64,000 bases of DNA from the NCBI GenBank assembly GCA_963767745.1, contig CAVYFF010000001.1:116614-180613 (forward strand). Reading direction: 5' to 3'. Shown here piece by piece: positions 58,566 to 64,000 of the stretch. The notes below the pieces were generated by a model. That model saw only the letters and a list, made by a program, of their open reading frames with translations, made no database searches and was not told the DNA's origin. Position numbers and translations under genes: made by a program. Within the stretch, counting starts at the first letter, position 1; the number at the start of each line of letters is the position of its first letter. The DNA is from an uncultured Acidobacteriaceae bacterium (GTDB lineage Bacteria; Acidobacteriota; Terriglobia; Terriglobales; Acidobacteriaceae).

Positions 58566-59669
58566 CTAGTGAGCTGCGGCAAAAGTAAAGGCTGTCGCAG
58601 GTTCAAACTTGCTTGCAGCGTTTCCGGCATAAACCTTGCCCCCCGCCATGGTGAGCTTCTTCACAGGCGCGCCCTCGCTCAAATCAAGATCAGCCAGTGG
58701 AACCCAAAAGGCGTTGGGGCTGGTGGCGGAATCGAAGAAGAACACCTTGTTCTTTTGGTCGTAAACGGTGCGCCATAAGGTGGACGCCAAATTCGGCTTG
58801 TCGGGATGCGTGATCCCCAATGGCGTACTTACCGATCTCATGACGCCGAGAACCTCAGCCACTGCCTGGTTCTCATAGGTTCCATTGGGAACCGCTTTAA
58901 TTATTTTTGTATCGACTTCTGTCGGGATGGCCTTGATCAGAAACGAAGTGCGGACGAAGCGATCGGCGGCACTGATCGATCCAGGCAAAAAGGCCAGAGG
59001 ATTCACACCCGTCCAATAGGTATCGATCGCGAGTTGTTGATCGAAGCTGGGAGAGTTAGTCATCACCTGGTATTTTCTGTCGTGATGAATTACCAGTTTG
59101 CCGCCAATGTATTCGAAGATCGCCGAATCGCCGGTAGGATCGGAAACCGCCAGGTGCAACTGCGCGCCTTTACCATTGGGCAGTTTCGGCGCAATCACCT
59201 CGAAGGGTTCGGCTTTTAACGCATCCACGGTCTCCGCAACGCTGGCGTAGTTGTCCAGTACGTATTGCGCCCACGCCATTATTGAGATGGTGGGTTGGCC
59301 GTTTTTCGGCGTGCCGTAATCCGACTCCGCCAGATAGAGCACGTTGGCAACCAGCCCCCTCTCGTTGATGCCGTCAGCCGTGCCGGCATCATAGCCGGAT
59401 ACCGCAAGGCTGCCGTACTTCGAGGTCCATTTAACGCTCCCGTGTCCAGAGGCTCCATCGCGGGCGATGCCCTTAGGGAATACCCAGGCGTTGGAGTAGA
59501 CATCTTCGGCCCAATCCATCGATCGGCCAGTGATCACCACGTTGTCGGTGCCCAGGTAGACAGCGCGCGTGCAGGCACCAGCCGGAATGCCGCTACCGGC
59601 GAAAAACATGATAGGCGTCAGAACCGCCGCGGCAAGCGCACGAGTTCGGGAAAAAAGCTGAGATCGCAT
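58566..59669 (-). CDS. choloylglycine hydrolase / linear amide C-N hydrolase (Ntn hydrolase) family protein
   Basis: 367-aa ORF. A signal peptide is followed by the nucleophile Cys in ..PAGACTRAVYLG, then GRSMDW. Confidence 0.8.
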   Translation of the reverse strand: MRSQLFSRTRALAAAVLTPIMFFAGSGIPAGACTRAVYLGTDNVVITGRSMDWAEDVYSNAWVFPKGIARDGASGHGSVKWTSKYGSLAVSGYDAGTADGINERGLVANVLYLAESDYGTPKNGQPTISIMAWAQYVLDNYASVAETVDALKAEPFEVIAPKLPNGKGAQLHLAVSDPTGDSAIFEYIGGKLVIHHDRKYQVMTNSPSFDQQLAIDTYWTGVNPLAFLPGSISAADRFVRTSFLIKAIPTEVDTKIIKAVPNGTYENQAVAEVLGVMRSVSTPLGITHPDKPNLASTLWRTVYDQKNKVFFFDSATSPNAFWVPLADLDLSEGAPVKKLTMAGGKVYAGNAASKFEPATAFTFAAAH

Positions 59670-59801
59670 AGGTCGCTCCTTAAGTTTGCTGGGTGTTCCC
59701 CGGTTTGCGTTGATCGCCGTAGGAACAAGCCGAAGATAGAAGGGGAAAGTCTCTGCGCCTACCCCGGGAAGTACCTGATTTTTCCGCGGAAATTACCTGT
59801 T

Positions 59802-60248
59802 TCAGAGCCACTGAAGCCGGGTATGTAAGGGAAAGCGGCTGTACCCCGAGACCACCGGGAGCATTGCTTTTCCGTCACGCACAAGGGCAAGCAGCATCGA
59901 GTTCCCCGGTTGAAGAAGAGCCGCAGCATCGCGGATGAATTCTTGGTCCAGACTGGGCTGTGGAGGGCGTCCGTTTCCTTCAGGGACGATGCCCGGCGCC
60001 TGGTACGACCAATAATGTGGCGGCAGGATTGCGTCCAGGATACTCCTCCATCGCGCAGTGCACTCGGTGCTGGTTTCGCTGTCAAGCGATAGCCCCAGGA
60101 ACAGCTTTAGGCCGCCGTCTCTTTCCACTTCGACGGCAACCGCATTCTGCAGATCACCGGTCCAGTCGAAGTGCAGGCGCTGTAGCTGTGGTAACACCTC
60201 GAGTGCTCGATGTTTTTCGGTAAAGCCTATGATCAACAGCTCGTTCAC
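59802..60248 (-). CDS. DUF1269-like protein
   Basis: 148-aa ORF. The N-terminus LLIIGFTEKHRALEVLPQLQRL..LQNAVAVEVERDGGLKL and the C-terminus LQPGNSMLLALVRD resemble DUF1269. The central Gly-zipper TM is absent. Confidence 0.4.
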   Translation of the reverse strand: MNELLIIGFTEKHRALEVLPQLQRLHFDWTGDLQNAVAVEVERDGGLKLFLGLSLDSETSTECTARWRSILDAILPPHYWSYQAPGIVPEGNGRPPQPSLDQEFIRDAAALLQPGNSMLLALVRDGKAMLPVVSGYSRFPLHTRLQWL

Positions 60249-60458
60249 TCATCACCTTCTGCCTTCAGCCTGAGTGCGCGACGGCGTTCTCTTTGATAAG
60301 GCTATGGAAGGCCATGCCGATGCGGAATAGCGATAAGCACCTGTTTTGCCAGCGGAAACTACGTGACTGAGCGTGGACTCGATGGTTCGCCATTCTTGCT
60401 AGTCCCGGCGATACACCGTAAAATCTGGCTTAACTCGCGCTTTTTACAAGGTAATTTC

Positions 60459-62249
60459 ATGCCTTCTTGGCGATGCTCAAGGGTGCTCGCGGCGCTGCTC
60501 CTCGCTCTCGCGCTGCTGACGACGGCGCACGCCGCGAGTTCCAGACCAATCCGGATTCTGCTCGTATATGAGAGTGGCGGCTTCTCTCCGGCGTCCATGG
60601 AACTTCAGCAAGGGATGCTCAATCACTTGCGGCGAGAGCTGGCCGAAGATGTAGAACTATTTTCTGAACAGATGGAATCGACACGGCTTCCGGAAACGCA
60701 AGGCAAAGTGCTCTCGTGGATTCGGGAACGATATACACCGCACGGCATTGACGTAGTCATTTTTGTAGGCTCGGACAGTCCCGCTATTCTGCCCGGAGTA
60801 CCAACGATCTATGCCCGGTTTACTTCGTTCGCAACGGCGGCCGACGTCTCCAACACTCAGAGCAACGCCCAGGTGTGGTTCAGGATTGACCTCAATCGTA
60901 CGATCGCGGCGGCTCGCCGATTGCAACCGGAGGCGAGGAGTATTGTGGTGATCGCCGGAACGGCGCTCGAGGATGAGCTGCTCCTAAAAGAGGTCCGCGA
61001 ACAACTTGCGAAGTCGGATCTGCCCGTAAGTTATCGTGCTGGAGATTCTGTTGAGGGTCTCCTGCAGTACCTGGCTCACCTGCCTCAGAACACGATTGTT
61101 TTGCCAATCTCTTATACACGCGCCGCCCAGGGAAATCGCTATTACTCCACACGGGATGTGGTGCATTCCTTGTCGCGTGTATCGGCCGCTCCCATCTATG
61201 CGGCAGCCGACACCACGATCGGCTATGGAGCCGTGGGCGGATATGTAGTCGACTTTGACAAGTCAGGCGAACTGCTCGCTGCCATCGCCGTACAGATGTT
61301 GCACGGCCACACCGCGCCGTCCATCTCTCTATCGCCTGAAGCGACCGCTTCTTACATTTTTGACTCGAGACAGCTTAAGCAGTGGGGCCTCACCGAAAAA
61401 AATCTTCCTGCCGGAAGCATCGTTCGATTCAAAACGCTCGGGATGTGGGAGCAATATTGTTGGCGTATCAGCGCCGCAACCGCGCTGTTGATGGTACAGC
61501 TCTGCCTGATTATTTACCTGTTGTTTACGCAGGCCAAGCGCAAACTGGCAGAAGACTCCCTGCGCGACATGACCGGGCGGCTGCTCGTGGCCCAGGATGA
61601 GGAACGGCGCCGATTTGCCCGCGATCTGCATGATGGAACTGGGCAGCACTTGTCGGCCATCGCATTGGCCATCGGGCAGGTGCTCGCGAGGTTTCCCTCA
61701 GGTCATCCGGCGTTGAGCAGGCTCCTGCGGGACTCGCATTCCGCCAGCCGCCAGGCGCTGGATGAGGTGCGGACGGTTTCCTTCGCCCTCCACCCTCCTT
61801 TGTTGGATAATCTCGGTCTGGTTGCCGCCGTCCGCTGGTACTTGGATGGATTGCAGAAGCGAACTAATCTCAGAATTACGTTTGAATCGCCATCAGAAAT
61901 AATACAGCTTGCCCCGGAAGCGGAGAGAGCCTTGTTCCGGATTGTGCAGGAAAGCATGAACAATGTCATGCGCCACTCGAGCGGGCAAACGATCGTGGTG
62001 ACCCTTGTAGGGCGAGATAATACGGTGACGCTTGCAATCGAAGATGACGGCGCCGGTATGAGCCCGCAGGAGCTTGCCCAAGCGCAGGGCGCAGCAGTCA
62101 CAGGTGTGGGTGTTGCCGGGATGCGCGAACGGCTGCGGCAACTCGCCGGAACCTTCAGGATAGACTCGAATTCGCGTGGCACAAAAGTAATAGCAACGGT
62201 GCCGATAGACAAGGAGCGATATGCTGCTGCGCATTCTGTTGGCCGATGA
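60459..62249 (+). CDS. NarL-class sensor histidine kinase (HisKA_3) with periplasmic substrate-binding-like domain
   Basis: ORF 60363..62249 trimmed to MPSWRCSRVLAALLLALALLTTAHA. One TM precedes the H-box FARDLHDGTGQHLSAI. The HATPase motifs are ESMNNVMRHS and GVGVAGMRER. Confidence 0.8.
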   Translation: MPSWRCSRVLAALLLALALLTTAHAASSRPIRILLVYESGGFSPASMELQQGMLNHLRRELAEDVELFSEQMESTRLPETQGKVLSWIRERYTPHGIDVVIFVGSDSPAILPGVPTIYARFTSFATAADVSNTQSNAQVWFRIDLNRTIAAARRLQPEARSIVVIAGTALEDELLLKEVREQLAKSDLPVSYRAGDSVEGLLQYLAHLPQNTIVLPISYTRAAQGNRYYSTRDVVHSLSRVSAAPIYAAADTTIGYGAVGGYVVDFDKSGELLAAIAVQMLHGHTAPSISLSPEATASYIFDSRQLKQWGLTEKNLPAGSIVRFKTLGMWEQYCWRISAATALLMVQLCLIIYLLFTQAKRKLAEDSLRDMTGRLLVAQDEERRRFARDLHDGTGQHLSAIALAIGQVLARFPSGHPALSRLLRDSHSASRQALDEVRTVSFALHPPLLDNLGLVAAVRWYLDGLQKRTNLRITFESPSEIIQLAPEAERALFRIVQESMNNVMRHSSGQTIVVTLVGRDNTVTLAIEDDGAGMSPQELAQAQGAAVTGVGVAGMRERLRQLAGTFRIDSNSRGTKVIATVPIDKERYAAAHSVGR

Positions 62250-62865
62250 CCATGAGCTCACGCGGTCCGGGCTTAGATTCCTTCTGGAGCAGCAGCCTGA
62301 CTGGACAGTATGTGGCGAAGCGTCCAATGGAAGACTGGCGGTTGAGATGGCGGAGAAGCTGCAACCGGACTTTGCGATCTTAGACGTCAGCATGCCGGGT
62401 TTAAATGGCTTGGAAGCAACGCGCCAGATTTTAAAAAGCCGGCCCCGCACCAAGATATTGATCTACACGATGCACGAGACGGAAAGGATCATCCTGGACG
62501 CGCTGGAGGCGGGGGCTCGGGGCGTGGTTCTGAAATCGGACGCCGGGGAAAACATGACTGCCGCCGTGCAGAGTATCGCCGCAGGCAAGCGATTTTTTAC
62601 TTCGAGCGTGATCGAGACGGTGGTGGATGCGTATCTCTCGAGACGTGAGGCCGGAAGACAAGACGGCGGGACGCTGACGACTCGGGAAACCGAAGTGGTT
62701 CAGTTATTGGCAGAGGGTAAAAGCAATAAGGAGGTCGGCAGCATTCTTTTTATTACCGACCGCACGGTGGAAGGACACCGGCGGGAGATTATGCGTAAGC
62801 TTGAACTTGGGTCTACGGCAGATCTTGTTCGCTATGCGGTCCGAAATGGAATTATCGAGCCCTAG
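62221..62865 (+). CDS. NarL/LuxR-family response regulator
   Basis: 214-aa ORF. REC is LRILLADDHELTR..ILDVSMPGLNG. The LuxR HTH is TTRETEVVQLLAEGKSNKEVGSILFITDRTVEGHR. Confidence 0.9.
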   Translation: MLLRILLADDHELTRSGLRFLLEQQPDWTVCGEASNGRLAVEMAEKLQPDFAILDVSMPGLNGLEATRQILKSRPRTKILIYTMHETERIILDALEAGARGVVLKSDAGENMTAAVQSIAAGKRFFTSSVIETVVDAYLSRREAGRQDGGTLTTRETEVVQLLAEGKSNKEVGSILFITDRTVEGHRREIMRKLELGSTADLVRYAVRNGIIEP

Positions 62866-63499
62866 GAAAGCTAAGGCTGCTTTTTTGTGACAAGGCGCTG
62901 TTTCACTGCAACGATGGCGCTCCCCGGACTGCAAAGTTCAGTGACTTGCTTCAAGGCTTGGTCTTTTTCCGCGATTGAAGACCTGCAGCCACGCAGACAC
63001 AGACGAGCAGGAGGCGCAAGTCACGGCGATGTCGGGAGGTCCAATGGACGTCCATCCACATCGATCCCTCCAGAACACCACCCAAACCAGAAGGAAAAAA
63101 AGCCACAAAGGAGTCCGGAGCAAGAGGGTCCCGACAGTCCTCTGCCATCCTTGCATTCGCGCTAGCGCCCATCCCGCAAGTTAACCTCCTGGAAAGTCTG
63201 GTTTTGAGTAAGTTCCCGGTTAACGTCCAAACGGCGGTGTATTCACCGGAGCGCCCCGTTCAGGGGGAGCATCGGTCGGGTGATCGGCTTTTCCGCGACT
63301 GGGATTACTTCCGGATGGGCGACCATCCGACCGGAACTCAAGAACAGACGATACCGGGCTCGGTGAGCGCATTGGCGTGTTATCGCCATACCAGAATCGC
63401 GACTCAGCATGCCAAGGCATCGGAAGCATAAGGTGCACCCTCTTCGAGTTACCATTGGGATCGTTGTGTGCCGCCGACTTGTTCCGGTTGGAGAGAGAT

Positions 63500-64000
63500 A
63501 TGAATCAGAAGCCGCATCGCGATGGCGGGCGAATTTGTCACCTACGATGTCAGGAGATTGCGATAACCTTTGTGCGGCTTTTCGCGTTCCTGCTGGCCTC
63601 GGGTTGTGCAGTGGCTCAGAACGGGAAGCTTTCAGCCGAGAGTCAATCGAAGATTGAAATTGCCGTTTCCAACTTCATGGAAGCTAGTAAAGCGCCGGGC
63701 CTCTCTGTTGCTGTTGTACAGAATGGAGAATTCGTGTGGTCAGGGGGATTCGGCATGGCCGATCTCGAAAGCTCCGTTCCTGCAACATCACAAACGTTGT
63801 ACCGCATCGGGTCAATTTCGAAACCTATCACGGCCACTGCCGCCATGGTGCTTTGGGAACGCGGTAGCCTGGATCTGGACTCCCCGGTGCAGAAGTACTG
63901 CCCGCAATTCCCGCAGAAGCAGTGGCTTATCACTACTCGCGAGCTTTTGGGACATCTCGGCGGAATTCGCTACTACAACGTGCCTGAAACTCCCTACTCC
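63500..64000 (+). CDS. beta-lactamase-family serine hydrolase (5' partial, runs off window)
   Basis: Open frame from ATG 63500 to the window end. It has a signal/lipobox FAFLLASGCA, then PGLSVAVVQNGEFVWSGGFGMADLE and the SxxK motif GSISKPIT. Confidence 0.75.
   Translation, partial: MNQKPHRDGGRICHLRCQEIAITFVRLFAFLLASGCAVAQNGKLSAESQSKIEIAVSNFMEASKAPGLSVAVVQNGEFVWSGGFGMADLESSVPATSQTLYRIGSISKPITATAAMVLWERGSLDLDSPVQKYCPQFPQKQWLITTRELLGHLGGIRYYNVPETPYS

Noticed and set aside
62866-63499. Small ORFs in the 630-bp gap (for example 62938..63156 on the minus strand, with a hydrophobic LWLFFLLVWVVFW stretch)
   Set aside because: There is no RBS, no recognisable family, and several mutually overlapping alternatives, so the evidence is insufficient to call a gene.

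Overview
GC-rich chromosomal segment that looks acidobacterial (Terriglobia-like). The evidence is three ADOP-type duplicated FtsX/MacB permeases with PadR regulators, CadC-like/TPR regulators, several DinB genes, and abundant GTCATCC(C/T)GA-type intergenic repeats. I saw no rRNA, CRISPR array, phage genes, integrase or transposase. Gene content, left to right:
- HEAT-repeat proteins, a Pcm-like methyltransferase and a GH13 amylase.
- A PadR/ADOP cluster (7.0-16.1 kb).
- A long minus-strand operon (16.2-25.3 kb): DUF4410-like, unknown secreted protein, TolC-like, MFP, RND, HtrA.
- A redox/DinB/MocR block (27.8-34.6 kb).
- A czcCBA-type efflux module with a sigma-54 two-component system (35.2-43.8 kb).
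- 1-Cys peroxiredoxin, then a REC / ABC-ATPase / P-loop kinase trio, then tRNA-Gly and tRNA-Cys.
- BON, DUF4331, a cNMP-binding TrxR-like protein and a TAT-signal flavoprotein.
- A giant IPT/TIG lipoprotein, an Ntn hydrolase, a NarL-type two-component system and a partial beta-lactamase-like gene.

Main observations:
1. The czc/sigma-54 module is bracketed by ~230-bp direct repeats. Each repeat carries a near-identical tRNA-Cys(GCA) and the 3' end of the peroxiredoxin gene, and a tRNA 3' remnant lies at the far junction. This is genomic-island architecture without an integrase.
2. Single-nucleotide frameshifts are strikingly clustered: about 20 or more across the 16.2-24.5 kb operon and about 6-7 in one ADOP paralog. 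I saw no in-frame stops along the reconstructed reading paths, and large neighbouring genes are intact. This is either indel-only operon decay or locally unpolished assembly.
3. There are several repeat and mobile-DNA structures: a 79-bp tandem array with alternating variants, a 108-bp MITE with an 8-bp target-site duplication nested inside another repeat, and a 225-bp tandem duplication that includes the amylase stop region.
4. Candidate regulatory sites were read directly from the sequence: a sigma-54 promoter, PadR palindromes and a Rho-independent terminator.

All coordinates of frameshifts and repeat ends were estimated by eye.
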